The notes beneath the pieces were generated by a model. The model was not told the origin of the DNA, did not search any database, and was given only the letters and a program-made list of their open reading frames with translations. A stretch of DNA of 64,000 nucleotides from assembly GCA_965202585.1 (NCBI GenBank), contig OZ241830.1, positions 29,450,001 through 29,514,000 of the forward strand. Reading direction: 5' to 3'. A program made the position numbers and the translations under genes. Positions 37,280 through 51,300 of this stretch are shown here, piece after piece (within the stretch, counting starts at the first letter, position 1; each line of letters starts with the position of its first letter). Source of the DNA: Thalia democratica. Lineage: Eukaryota.

Positions 37280-39718
37280 GCTAACTATTTGCTGTAAAAA
37301 CTGTTTTACATAAGTAAGGAAAAAGTTGCTTTTACAAACAAGGTTTAAAAACAAAACGATTTTATTTCATGTGAGTAGAATTTTTTTTTAAACTTTATAA
37401 CATTGAAGTTCACCAATTATAAATTATACTTTAATTTAAAACAAAATATCACAATCCCTAATCAGCACACACTGAATCTATTGACTATTAAAAGTTTTAC
37501 TACTACAGTTGACTATCAACACATTTAACATAAAACTAAAAAAATCTTTAGCATAACTGTTACTATGTTTTTGCTCAAACCATACTAACATCAAGGCTTA
37601 AAGATTAATATTACCTTTTATACTTATTATTTTAAGCAACAGTTATTTTTGTATAATTTAAAACTAACTAAAAACTAAATTACATTTGTTGAACGGTAAT
37701 TTGAACATCACAGGTAATTTGTCTAATTACATTGATTAGATAGATTTAAATATCTAGGGCTTAGGCTAAATCAAAACCATATGAAATGCAACATAACTAT
37801 AGTTTAAATTAATAAAACAAACAAATTATAAACAAAACACTTTTTGTTTGAGAAAATTCTAGGTTTTATTAAGTAACTTTTCAAATTTGTAAGAATAAAG
37901 CATACACCTGTATTAGATTTTATTAAAATTTTTCATAAAAAAAAAAGATTTTGTGCTGATAAAATTTAATTTTGTTTTAAATAGTTTTCCTAAACAAGTA
38001 TAATAAGATGTTTTTAATAAAATTAATGTTATTTTTGTAGAAAAGGCATTAAGGACATAGGGGGTTTAGCAAAATATTGATTTTTTTAAATTTAAATTTT
38101 AATATTAACATAAAGAATAAGCTACTAGTTATTTTTTTTATAATTACTTAATAGCTTTTTTTACAAAAAAAGAAAGCGAAATATAAACTAACTACTAAAA
38201 AACTATCTTTTTCAAAAGTTGATAATTTATAAAAAAAAAATCTAAACGTTAAAAATTAATTTCGTCAAAAGTGTCATATTAGATTTAAATTATTTTTTTA
38301 TACATTTACGATTTTAGTTATATTCAATTAAAAGAATTATATTGTATTATCTGACTATAATCAGCTATATATCAAAAATTACTTTGAATATTAACTTCTT
38401 TTTAAAAGAAACTGTGACTTTAATTAAATATAAAGATTTATGTCTAAAAAAAGGTAAAGCTCACTTCTCCTATGAGCTTAAAAAGGCAAAATATTTTTCT
38501 TTTTTTTATTTCATACAAGTATATCTATGTCTGTGTAACAACAACTAAATAAAATATTACTATTTTTGTCAACGAAAAAGTTTTATGAACTATTAAAGTA
38601 TTTTAAATACATTTGGTTGTTAATAAATTTCAATTCTCATAATTTCTAATTAGATTAAGAAAAAAATAATTCCAAATAATTAGAAAATGTACAGCCCATT
38701 TCTTTTGCAGATGAAAATTAAAATAAATTTTTTTTTTTTATGTTTTAAACCATTGAAAAAATAAAAATAAATATGTAAAAAATTGGTCAAAATTGTATAG
38801 CAAAAAGTATACGCTGTAACAATTGTAAAAAATTAAAATAATTGTATTTCTTGCATTAATCAAACAATGTCATGATTGCCACGCAAAAATTTGTAAATTT
38901 AGTCTAACTTTTCAAGATTTTGACCGATTTTGTTTATCTTTATCTTCCGTGTAGATACCCGTTTTAATTAAGCACCTACAGTTTAATACACACTCTAAGT
39001 ACGAATATTTTGATAAATACGCATGTTGTGTACACATACTTTAACAAGTACGCATTTTAGTACGCACTTTATACTCAGTACACATATTTTAACCAAATTA
39101 AAAACTTTTTGTCAGGTTTTTTTTTTTTAGAATAGCAATTCTTAGCTAAAATCTTTCTATTGAGTAGCTGCTGTATTTAAAATAATTTTTTCAACAAAAG
39201 AGAACTGTAATATTTAATTATTTGAGTTTAAAACAAAAGAAATAATATAAACTTAATTATAAAAAACTAGGTAAAAATTTTTTTATTGCAAATAATCTCT
39301 AAAAGTCACAAAGTGAAATGAACTACAGACATTAAAATTTTGATTAAAGTACTCAAACAAAATCATGATTAATTCTGCCAAAAAAAGAGTGAAAAAAAAA
39401 TTTAAACACTTGTAGTTAACCTCGTTAAAAATGTTAAACATATTTTAAACATATCATGATGTTTACGAGAAAAATAACCGTTATCTTACATATAATATTT
39501 TGATAAAACCTTGCAAAAAAAAACGAAGATAAGGAAAACAAGACAAGTATACTAAAATTAAAAAAGGAGCATCAGGCTATTTTGAAACACCTTTTCAAAA
39601 TATATAAATTTTAAACTAATGTCCTATCAATGAAATAATGATGAATAAAAATTAAACTTAAGCTAAAAAACAGTTTTGAGTCTTAAAAATAGTAAAAATA
39701 ATGTAATAAAGTGTAAAC

Positions 39719-42700
39719 CAAGGTTTCCCAAAATGGGCGATATCGATCCCCTTGGAGCGTTTACTAGTAAAGGGACAAAAAGGGGCGAAAGAAGGACAAT
39801 TTTTAAAATTTTTGGGAGTCATTAATGTTTAAGTTTCATCTTGCTATTTCATTAATTTTAACTTGCTTTAAAATATTTGACCCTGAGGTCTTATATTAAA
39901 GGTCTTATACTTAAACAAAACAAGTCGATTTTGTTTACGTAAAATAAAGTAAAAAATTAATTGCTTATGACACCTATTTTTTAGTAAATTAAATAGCTTA
40001 ATTTCTATCTTTTCTTATATAACAACTACATAGATCATAAACGATCGAAACCCCTCTCAGCACTTCATAACCTGACATATATGCTTATAGGCTAATAAAT
40101 AGTTTGTAAAAATCGATTTTATCTATTAATAACTTCCACCTCATGATATGTTTTTAAAAAAGTCACTTAGTTAGGCTAAAAAGTAAAGCTAAACAGAGTT
40201 GCCACTTCACCTGGAAACCTAGAAAAACCTGAAAATTGACAATTTTAGATTAAAAATCATCTTAAAGAATTTCATTCAGAACATGTGAAAAAAAAAGTAA
40301 AGTTTTTATAAAAACGACAAAACTAAAGAACAAAACATTGTAAAATCACTAACATGTTTCAGAAATCTACACAAATTATTGAAGATGAACAGTTAGCTTC
40401 TTACTATCTGTCTGTCATAGTTACTAAACAAAGACTTTCTCACACCATTGGAGAAAAACGTTTATTCCTGTCTTAAAAAAAGTTGTGGAAAATCCATTCA
40501 TTATAAAAACACCATTAATGTTCTACGTTTTTTTTCCTCTAAGCATCAACTGTGAAAAGCCATATAAATGTTTGTCAGAATGTTTTGAACAAAAGTTAGT
40601 TCGAATGATGTGCAAAATAATTTTTTTCGATGCACGTTTACGAGTCAACATTTCCGGGGATTAAATGTCTTCCTCTTGTTTGCGTGCGTTTAGTAATTGA
40701 TGATACAACCTACGAAGAACTAGCGTTCTCCCTACAACACATAGCACAGGAAGACTGTGTTTCAAAAATTTAAAATATTTTTAAGTACATAAGATACTTT
40801 CAAAACATCTTAGAGGAATTGCAATAGATGATGCTCCATCTATGATAAGAAAGTATCGTAAATTAATCACATATTTTTAAGAGTTAAACCCTGATATATT
40901 CACTATTCATTGCGTTATACATCGCAAAAACTTAATTGCAAAAAATTTTAGCGTCCGTTTATGCGACTCATTAAACTTGGTGACAAAAGCTGTCAAAAAA
41001 ATAAACAGGCATGCTTTACAAAGTCGTCTGTTTAAACAGCTGTGCAATGACAATGATGATGTTTTGATAATTTTATAATGCATACAGAAGCGCGATAGTT
41101 ATCAAAAGGAAACTGTGTAGAAAGGTTTTTGGCTGTTTTTAATTCATTTATTGATTTTTTTTCTGAAAAGGATAAGACCTACGATCTGAAAAAAACTTTA
41201 CAAGGTAAAAACTTGAACCTTGTGAAAGTCGAAAGTAAGATGAACAGTTTCAAAAATCAACTCTAATTGTTGGAATTAATTTTAAAAATAACCAGTTTTC
41301 ACAGTTTGCAAATTTGAAAAACTTGAAAATTCAAACAAGTGAAGGTGAAATAGAAGTATTTTCATCTCATCTGGAACAGCAAAAAGGTGATATTGATGAA
41401 CTTTTTACTAACGTTTTTCAATAAAACGTCCCGAAGTGTATTATGGTTTCCTTCAAAACAGATCATTTTGAAGTAAACGTTAACTTATAGAAAACCTTCT
41501 TAGACTTACAAACTGACCTTAAACTTAAAGTAAATTTTTCCATAAAACGATATGAAAGCTTTTTGACTCAACAAAACATAAGGCAAAAGTATCCAATCAT
41601 TTGGGAGGAAGTTAGATTTTTCTTTATAGCTTTGACTGAACTTCTAGCTATGTTGCTAAGAAAGCTTTCAGTTCAGTTATCAACATCTTGAGCAAAATTT
41701 TAATCAATACATTTTTAAAGGAGATGACTTTAGGCTATATTTGACTGATTTAGAACCAGATATATAAAAACTTGCAATCAGTCATGAAGCTCATCCTTCA
41801 CATTATATTAAACTTCAGTATCAGACATTATCTTATGTAAATTTTTTTATATCTTCTATTATTTTTTTATTTTTGAAAGTATTTCTTATTTAACCTTGGT
41901 TGCATTGTATTTAAGTAGTCTTTTTTTATAACAGTTCTAAATAACAATTTGTCCTTGACATGACGTTAAAAAATATCCGTGTTGTACGACTCGATAACCG
42001 AAAGGTTTTTTGTGCACCAGGTCCTAGGACAGAATATTTAGAGCGTACTTTTATTATTTAATTAATTATAAACTATAATTTATTTATTCTTCAACATGTT
42101 TGCTTATTGCCTAATGAATATTAATTACGGTAAACTTCCTCTTGAGTTCGCACCTTTTACCCATAAAACCGCGCAAATTTATTTTTTCTTAAATTAAACT
42201 TAATAAAGTCTACTTCTTATTAAGTAGTAATAGTAAAAAAAAAATTATATATTTAATTGCTAATATAGACCAATTTTTTTAATCAAAATTTTTTTTATGT
42301 TGTAGTGTTCACAGAATTAACTATAAAACCTTTTTTTTTTTGAACTTAAATACAGAAAAAAAAAATTGTTACAATAAAGGTTTAGTTTTTTAACGGTTAT
42401 TCTAAGTCAGTTCAAGTTTTTAGTAAATATGACTAGCTGACTACAAAACTCGTCCACCACTGACTTAAAAGGTTCACTGATTAATTTCAAAATAATTTAT
42501 ATTTAAACAGAATTTAGTACAGATTGCACATAGATAATTTTTAAAGTAATTTCATACACTTTACTGGGTTTTTAAGAAGATAACTGTAAATATTTTTCCC
42601 AACCCTGTAAATTAATTTGAACACAGCTCAAAATTACGTGCATAAGAAGTACCAGACTAAATTTTATTTTGAACACAACTTTTGCTAAAACACTTTGCTA

Positions 42701-42807
42701 AAAAGTGCGTTTTCAAGAGAAAAATTACTTTAAAAAATCATGGCGGCAATTTTTTTTCCAAATTTTTGAAAAGGGGGTGATTTAGTAAATGATTTTGGGA
42801 AACCCTG
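39719..42807 (+). mobile_element. Full-length but decayed Buster-type hAT transposon (15-bp TIR, 8-bp TSD GTGTAAAC)
   Basis: TIRs CAAGGTTTCCCAAAA / TTTTGGGAAACCCTG. TSD at 39711-39718 and 42808-42815. Internal ZBED5/Buster-like remnants: LASYYLS..SHTIGEK, (D)EST, IHCVIH, SRLFKQLC, HTEAR*LSKG. Confidence 0.9.
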
Positions 42808-43779
42808 GTGTAAACTAATAAAGTGTTCTTAACACAGATCATCAATACTAAAACGATAACAGAACAACTACTTATTCTAAACAAGTTAATAGTAAAACAT
42901 GTATCTAGAAAAGTTTTGTAACTTAGTTTGATTATATAAGTTTTTTTTTTAAATTTTAGTATTTAAAAGTTTCGGAATTTGATATTTTTGTAAGTGAATT
43001 TCTAGGAAAATTTTGCAAATTTAGTCTGACATTCTGACTTAAAGATATATTTTGTAAGTTTTTGCAATTTTAAGGCTTATAAGAGTAAAACCTTTTGTAG
43101 ATTACAATTGAAAAATTATGACACTTGGCAATATTGACCTAAAAAGTGGCTTTTTGCTATTTTAACGTAATCTGGCTTTCATTTTGACCCAATAAGAATT
43201 ACTTAGCATGACGCCCGGAAACCCATAATATTTTGTAATGTATTATGCCTGAGTGGACATTTACTTTATAGATAGAGTTATAAGTAAAATTTTACATTTT
43301 TAAATGGTTTTTTCAACTTGTTAAATCATTAAGTTAATAAATATTATTTTATCAACTTGTATACAATTAAACGTTTAGTTTTGTTTACCACAGTTATTTT
43401 TTGGCCAGCTTAGTAGCCTTTTATTAAATTTATATTTTTTTTTTTCATTTTTTTTACAGCTTAATTAAACTACTTAAACATATCAGGTTGTGCTTGTGTA
43501 CCTAAACAATAAACAAAGAGTTTTTTGAAAGGTAAGTAAACTTCAAGTTTCAAATACATTATTGTATATTACTATTTTATGTATTTTGTTTTGATAATTT
43601 AACTTAAAGATAAAATATCTCTTTAGTATTTAATACAAAAAAATTGATTACTTTTTTACTGTTGTTTTTACTATTTACAAAAACTTTCAAAGACTATTTC
43701 TTTAAAAGGAACCTTATGAAATAAACTTTACTATCTACAAGTTTTTTTTTAATTCCAAAAAAAATGAGAAGTTTTTTTT

Positions 43780-45620
43780 TAATTTTTTAAGTAGACTGTA
43801 GAGCTGTTATTTCTGCCATTTCGGAATGAACTTGTGGTAATAATTTATTAACCCTAAGAATTTATTGAGGTCTTTTGACTTCACGCTTATTTAAGACGTC
43901 TATTTCGTTGACACCCACACAGTGACCAGGAAATTCAAGTTGTGTTTTTCCAAAAGTAGACTTTGATGTATTGAGAAAAAAACTGTTTTGAGAAAATACA
44001 TTTAATATTTTTTCACATGCACGATGTGTTAATCTTTAGTTTTTTAGAATAAATGAGTATGTCATCCAAATAGATATATATAAAGTTTTCACAACTTCTT
44101 AGTAGGCTTTCCATCATGAAAGCGCAAGGGAATGGGGTTTTTTCTTAACCCAAATTAACAACGTGACGAATATATTTTTCATTGTGATTTATCACGGCTG
44201 CATATATTCTGGAATTACCAGCAACAGGTAAGCTTAAGAAAGCCTCCTTATAGTCCAAGTCTGTAAAAAAAAGTTCCACTTAGAATGATAGCAGATAACT
44301 CATCGATTTTTGCAAGTGGGTAGCATAAAGGCCGTATGAATGAGTTTAATCTGGTATAACCTACACAAACTCGTAGATCCCCGTCCTTCTTCTTCACACA
44401 AGTTACAGGAGAGGCACATGTGTCCCCACTACCTCGCTTGAAAACTCCCTTTTGTAATAGGTCATCAAAGTACTCTTCTATTTTAATCCTTTAGCCTCAG
44501 CATCTTCAGGTTCTGATAAATTATTGGTTGCAATTATCAACAACAATGTCAAGAGTGTGACTAATTTTTTGACTCTTGTTGTAGTCTGGCTCTCCGGTAG
44601 TTTCTTGAAATCCGTCAAACAGTTTCCTGCATTTCTCTTCTAATGAGGAATGTTTTCTAGTCAGTGACCACCATTTTGTTAACTGCAACCCGAATTTATG
44701 TAGCAAATTCGTTTGGATATGACAACTTGGCTACTCGTTTTGACCCTATTTCACATAGATCTGCTGTAGCTGGTAATATGGTTAGACGATCGTTCATCAA
44801 TGTACCTAAACCAATGATACCACTGTTTCCTGGCTCATGGAGAATCCAAGAAGAATGCTTTATTGCGTTTAAATCTTCTAACTTGGGGTAATCTCTGTAT
44901 TACCAATAGAGTTGACTACGTCCTTTCCTATTCCCTGAATCGTTTGAGGTGGAAAATACCTATTGACTCCATTTGTGATCATTTTAGTTAGATTTGATAC
45001 TTTACTTCCTGTATCTGCAAGGAACACAACATTGCTGTTGGTATCTACTACAAGATGTAGATTTTGTGGTAGATCTTTTGGGTCGACTGCTGGAGCCTTT
45101 TTAACTGTATATACTTTTTAATTTACTTTACTCTCCTTTGTTTTAGGAATTGTTTTTAGTTGTCTATCATTAATGAACTTCCGAGTAACTGGAAGAGATT
45201 TTTCTACATGCTGTCTAGAACTTTCAAATTCAGAGTTCTCTCTATCCCGATTCTTAACAAACGTTTTTTTTTTTCTTTTCTTCTATGTTCTGTACAAGGT
45301 TGTCGGACATAGTACCCATAAAATGTACTTCAAGGTTATTTTCAGCTTTTTATTGTCTTTGTTTTTGCTGGTTTGACAATTGATTTGACCTATGGTAAGT
45401 CTTAGTATAATTTGACTTGTTTCTTTGCTGTTGTTGCAAAACATCACTCCTTTGTGGGGTGCATTATCTTAAGAATTTTTTTGATATTAAGATAGCTTTA
45501 TTCATCGCCCATAATTGAACTGTTGAACTGGCAGTTCACCATTTTTTTGGTATGAGAATTGTTGATTTCGATACTTAAAACTCTTACCAAAGAAGTTTCT
45601 AGAATGCCTACCGAATTTAG
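43780..45620 (-). mobile_element. Decayed Ty3/Gypsy pol region (protease-RT), copy B
   Basis: FLADTGS at 45004-45024, ASPVTCVKKKDGDLRVCVGYTRLN, YLDD at 44061-44072, and FLGLINYYHKFIPK near 43840-43880. Confidence 0.88.
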
Positions 45621-47221
45621 TTTGTTGGTTTTGCTAGTCATAGCAATCTTTGAGAAAAAAAAATTACCCTCATCCTCTGATCCTCTAACTAAGAGGAGGA
45701 CGGTTGGGCTTTTATTGATGTTAATGGCGCAATAATATCATTCATTGGGCATGTGTTAGGGCTAACGCACCAAGTAGCATTGTAGCCCTGTGTTCGGTGT
45801 CTATAATAAAGCTCATCATTCACTTGATTTCTTTGTTTGTTACTACATTTTTGATACTGAGCGCTGTTAAAAAAGTTTTTTGGACGTCCATACCCATAGT
45901 TGACCTGTCTACTTTGTTATTAATTTCTCTTTTAAAACGTAAATTGCTGTTTCTGCTGAGGTTTGTTAAAATAACTAACTTCTCTTGCTGCATCCTTAGT
46001 TTTTCTCAATTCAGCATCTTACATGTCCGAAAAGCTTTGTTACGAAGCGTAATTTGTTTTTTCCAAAAAGCGGCAAAAACTTTAATACTTAACCACTACT
46101 TAAAAAAAACAAAACTAATATTTTATAGTATGAAAAAGACGATTTTGCAATTTTAGTTCGTTTTATACTTTTTTAAAAGATGTTAAGATTTTTTTTTTTA
46201 CCTGTTTTTCATTTAGCTTTTAACATGAATTTATTTTTGAAAAAATTAATTATTTACTAACATATTAAACATATTGAAAACTTTATTTACTAAATAAGCA
46301 AAAAAAAAATAAGTGTTCATTATTTACAAACTTTTATTGTATTTACACTACATGTAATTTGAACCTTTAGGATTCCAGTTATTAAAGTATTCGGATTCAG
46401 ATCCGGATTCGAATTCGGCTGAATCCTAATTTGAAAATAAGATACAGATACGGATCAGGCAAAATTAAAACTTAACTGCTCTTACTTATTCATTTTATTA
46501 TTGCATATTGTATAATTTTAAACGATTCAAAGTTCTTGGCTTAAATATCTTGAAAGAGACTTTTATCTATTATTTATTTTTACAGTTTATTATTAAGAAA
46601 ACAATGTTTCACTCCTATATTGGCATATAGAAGATCATCAGTTGTAATAAACAAATCTAAAAAAAGTTTTTGAACAAAGTGAATGGAAGTTTATTCATTA
46701 TAAGTTTAGTTTTGAATATTTGCTCTGAACCTATTTCGACTTAAACAGCATTTTGAGGTAATATAAAAAATAAATAAACTTGTAGGTAATTTAGTTTATT
46801 TTATTTTAGTTAGAAATTCCTAAGGTCACCTCAGATCAATAAAATCTATATGCACAGCTCAGGCCTTACCCGGATTTTTTTTTTAAACATCTCTATTATT
46901 GTTATTTTGAAAACTTATGACTTATATTTTATGAATAAAAGTATGCAGTTTTCAGAAGACAAGCCTATTTTTTAATGACCATGTAATTATTTAAAGTATC
47001 TTTTGTTTGGTTAATATGGTTTTAAGTCTCCATTTAGATGTTTTTTTTTCAAATGTGACATAAATGAGTTGTGACAAGGACTAATAGAATTTAAATATTT
47101 GCTTTTTCTGGATTTTAAAAACACTTTTATGTTTTGTGTCTTATGTGGAAAGCCAGTTAAATTGAACAAAAACTTATATTAAGGTTTGAGATTTTTCATA
47201 TAAAGGTCAATTATTTATGGC

Positions 47222-47482
47222 CATTTCTAACTAGCGATAATTTTTTACCTGATCATTTCTAACACGTACACTTCTAACCCAAACATTTCTAACCTGGTCA
47301 TATCTAACTAGATCACTTCTTACCCGATCATTTCTATCCCGAACACTTCTAACCCGATCATACTTTCTCGATCTTTTCTTACCCGATTAGATCTAACCCG
47401 ATCATTTATAACCCGATCGTTTTTAACTAGATTATTTCTAACTCGATTATTTCTAACCCCATCGTTTCAAACCAGATCATTT
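47222..47482. repeat. 15-bp minisatellite GATCATTTCTAACCC (~17 units), paralog of 23771-23910
   Basis: Direct reading of tandem units within homologous flanks. Confidence 0.85.
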
Positions 47483-48035
47483 AAAAGTTCTCATTTCTTC
47501 GGTTTATTTTAAACATCTATTATTTTGGTCTAAACTAATGAAAACATAATTGTACTAATATTTTAATAAAGCTTACTCTGTCTGTTATAAAACTTACTGT
47601 TTATATGGCTTATTTATTAAATATATTTTTAAAATCATTTTATTTAACTTATTTTAATTTCAAATTTACTTACTTATTTCGTTTTTTTTTTATATCAACC
47701 TGCTTAAATCGAACTTTTTTTTAGATTGAATAAGGATTAATAAATTACTTTTTATGTCTTTTAAAGAGATCTTTGTTGAATTTTTTAAGAAAGCTGTTTT
47801 TACTACACTAAAGTTATATATTTTTTTCATTTAATGAACGACAATATTATTTAAACACAGGTAAATTAAAAAATAAATAAACTGTTACAAATATAAAATT
47901 TAGACACACAGATAAACATATTACAGTCTACAAGCTTTGTAGTAAGACTAGCACAAGTTACTCATCTAGTTCAATTGTTTTTAGTAATTTGTTGTAGATT
48001 TACTACGTATATTTAAGGCTTTTAACGTACTAGTC

Positions 48036-48348
48036 AAGGGGTCGGCAAACTGCGGCCCGCGGACTAAATGCGGCCCTTAAAACAAAAATCTGCGACAAGC
48101 AAGGTACTTTTTAGCTGAAAACATCCTTTTTTTAATTACAAAAGATATTTTTTTGTAATAAAAACTTAGAGTTAGGCTCTTATTTAATAAATATTCTTTG
48201 CTAGTGCTTTATCGTTGCTTATTTTATTGATAAAAATAATTTCAAAATAAGTGCGGCCCGCGAAGACTTTTTTTTCTAAATAGTGCGGCCTGAGAGCAAT
48301 TTTTTAACAAAAATTGGCTAGCAAGTCACTAAAGGCTGCCGACCCCTG
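48036..48348. mobile_element. Buster-type hAT MITE (313 bp), TSD TACTAGTC
   Basis: Ends (a)AGGGGTCGGCA / TGCCGACCCCTG, TSD at 48028-48035 and 48349-48356, and an empty site in the paralog at ~24458 (CCTACTAGTCTTC). Confidence 0.92.
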
Positions 48349-51300
48349 TACTAGTCTTATTGTACCTATTAAGTAGGAAAATAAATTAAGGTATAAGTTT
48401 GTTGTTAGTTGTACAACATTACTTTGAGGTACTTTAAAAGTGTTTTGTCGTATATTGAACTTAGTAATAAAGAAATTTTGCCGTAAAATTTATTTAATTA
48501 ATAAACTAAATGTGATTACCTTACTTTACAAAAAAAACCTTAGTTAGAATTTCATCTTTCCAAGTTTCTGTATGATGTTTTTTTTTAATCATATTTTTTC
48601 TAATTTTCTAGATAACTCTGAAATTATCATTAATAAAAGTGATTGTTTTCAACATTGTAAATATAGCTGCTGATGTAGTATTCAAATGAGTAGCAAATTT
48701 TACATAAAACTTCGTTAACTGCATAACTAAAAAAATTTAATCATTGTATTATAAGTTTACAAAGTAAAAGTACACATATATAGAATGTAACTTACACACG
48801 CTAAACAATTGGAAAAAAAATATCAAGCTATTGTCTTCTTGAATTTTTGAAAGTATAACAATTTAAAGTGGGTTTCAAAAACCTTTGAATACTAAACTCC
48901 CTCAGACAATATTTCTAAGAAAAACTTATCTTTAATACATCTAAAGCTTTTTTTTTTTTGCTCTTCAACATCAATATATCTATTGTAAGTTAAAATGATG
49001 GCCTCAAGGCTCTCTCTCTTACACAGCTTATGGCCCCTTTTCTCATAATATCTAATATGAATTCTAAATTAACCCTTAATTTCATCCATAAACGTATATT
49101 TATTTTTTGTCTTCACTATGAAGTCCAGAGTATACAGTGTAAGTTTCGAACTATGGCCTCATAACCCCCTGAGGTCACTTTACTGCTTTTGAACACTTAA
49201 AATTTTTAAATAGGCTTGTAAAGGAGGCTCTTTTTTGGCAAGTTTGGTTTAACGTCTAATAACTACTTACAATGTTTCTATATATGTATCTGATAGCAAA
49301 CTGTTATTTTGTAAGTAACAACAAATCATTAAAAATTGATATACAAGCTATTTCATATAGATTTATATGCAACACTTTATCATTTTACTTTGTTATATAT
49401 TATTCAAATCTCGTCATAAGAAGATTCTAAAATAGTTTAAATTAAATTTTTTATGACTTACATGTCGAATATTGAGTTTTAGAATAGATGATATACAAAA
49501 TATGAATTTTTAAAAATTTATTTTTTATTAGCATATTTAAAGTAGCATTACAGTAACTCGTTAGTCATTTAAGTACATTATTTAAGCTTACTGTTAATTA
49601 CTATGCACTAAATAAAAAGAACATTTTCTTTTAAAAACATGGAAAATTTAAAAAAAATTACTATTTGCGAAACTGTTCTACTCAGGTTATTAAAACTAGT
49701 AAACTTAGATTTTATTGTTCTTTTAATTTTCAACATTTATAGATTATACTTAAGTTCAGGTGCTTACATTTTTATAGTAATTTTAAATATTAACTATTAT
49801 AGATACTTTTATTATCTTTTGATTAAAGTTAATGTTTCTTTAAATGATTATGACACAGTTTTTACCTAAAATAATCTTTAGGAGAAGTTTAAATAATTAA
49901 AATAGTTAACATCATTAACAGCCCCAGATATTTTAAGTTAACTTTTTTAATTAAGATATTGTAATAAGATTTTTAGTTGTGTAAAAAAATAATTAGTTAT
50001 TTTATAAAACTCATTATGAAACACCTATTATATCACTATGTTAAAACCCTAAGAAACAAACATTTTTTTTTATTTATTGGTTTCTTAATGTTACTACATT
50101 ACAAACAAATGTAGCTGGAATAGCTTAAAGCAACAACATCAAAATAGGGTTGATTAAAAATAAGATGTTCATGATAGTTTTAATTTATTTTTTATTTCAG
50201 GATAACTAAGGCTATTTATTTTCGTATATTCAGGATAAATAATACTAGTATGGTGTTAAAAAAACAAAACAGAGTAATTTTAAAAGTTTTTTTTATCCTT
50301 TTCTTTTTCTATTCATGAAATAAGGTTTTGTTCTTTTATATTCAATAGTAGAACATTTTATAGCAAAAATGCTTATAAAACTTAATTATTATTAATATCT
50401 AAAAACTTTTAGATTTACCAAAAAATACTTAAGAATTGACTAAAGAATCAAAAAATCAAAATGACTCAGTACAGTTTAAGGTTAATTAGGAAAGATCTGA
50501 GTAAGATCCACAGACACTAGAAAATCAATACAGTCTCAATTATTCAAAAATCCCAAGACTACACAGTTTAACTCAGACTTAGTTAAACTACTAAAAAACT
50601 TCATATAACTCAGACCTGTTTTGTTGTTTTAAAGAAACTGAAAATATTTTAACAATTTTTTAAAAATATCAAGCTTTTTTTTAGATCAAAATGAGATTTT
50701 GTTGCTTCAGTTTTAATATTTTTATAGTTTTTATCAATCTTGTATAAAATATTTTTGTAAGGATTTGAAATAAGTTTTGAATTTAAAGTTTGTTGTAATA
50801 CTTTATAGAAATACATTTTGAACTAAAAATCTAATAGTGGCGAAATAAATGAGTAGCGATTTACTGATAAAATTTTTGCTTCTATGGAAACTTTGATGTT
50901 TTCTAATTATGAATATACTCGGCAAATGTAGTTTTTTACTATTTTTTGAATAGTGAATAGTATATCTTAATGGCTTTCCATAACTATCAGTTGTAGCTGA
51001 TAGAGCTAAAAAAACATTGTAGTAGAGTTGTCATTCAATTAGGATATTGATTAAACTTTGAAAATGTCAAACTGAAGTAGGCAAGTTTTGTGTAAAAAAA
51101 AAATAGGAATGTTTTTTTATATCTCAGTAGAAATCAGAGTTTTATTTATAATAAATTTTGAACAAATAAATATTAGATATTACTAATGTAGATATTATGT
51201 ACTTTATTTTTCTATTTCATTTAATTAGAGTTCCAATTACTTTACATTGAAAAAATTCTAAGTTTTTTGTGTGAAATATTTTAATAATATTTATTTAAAC

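Noticed and set aside
23771-47482. Regularly spaced short repeats as a CRISPR-like array
   Set aside because: Eukaryotic context, head-to-tail units without unique spacers, no cas genes.
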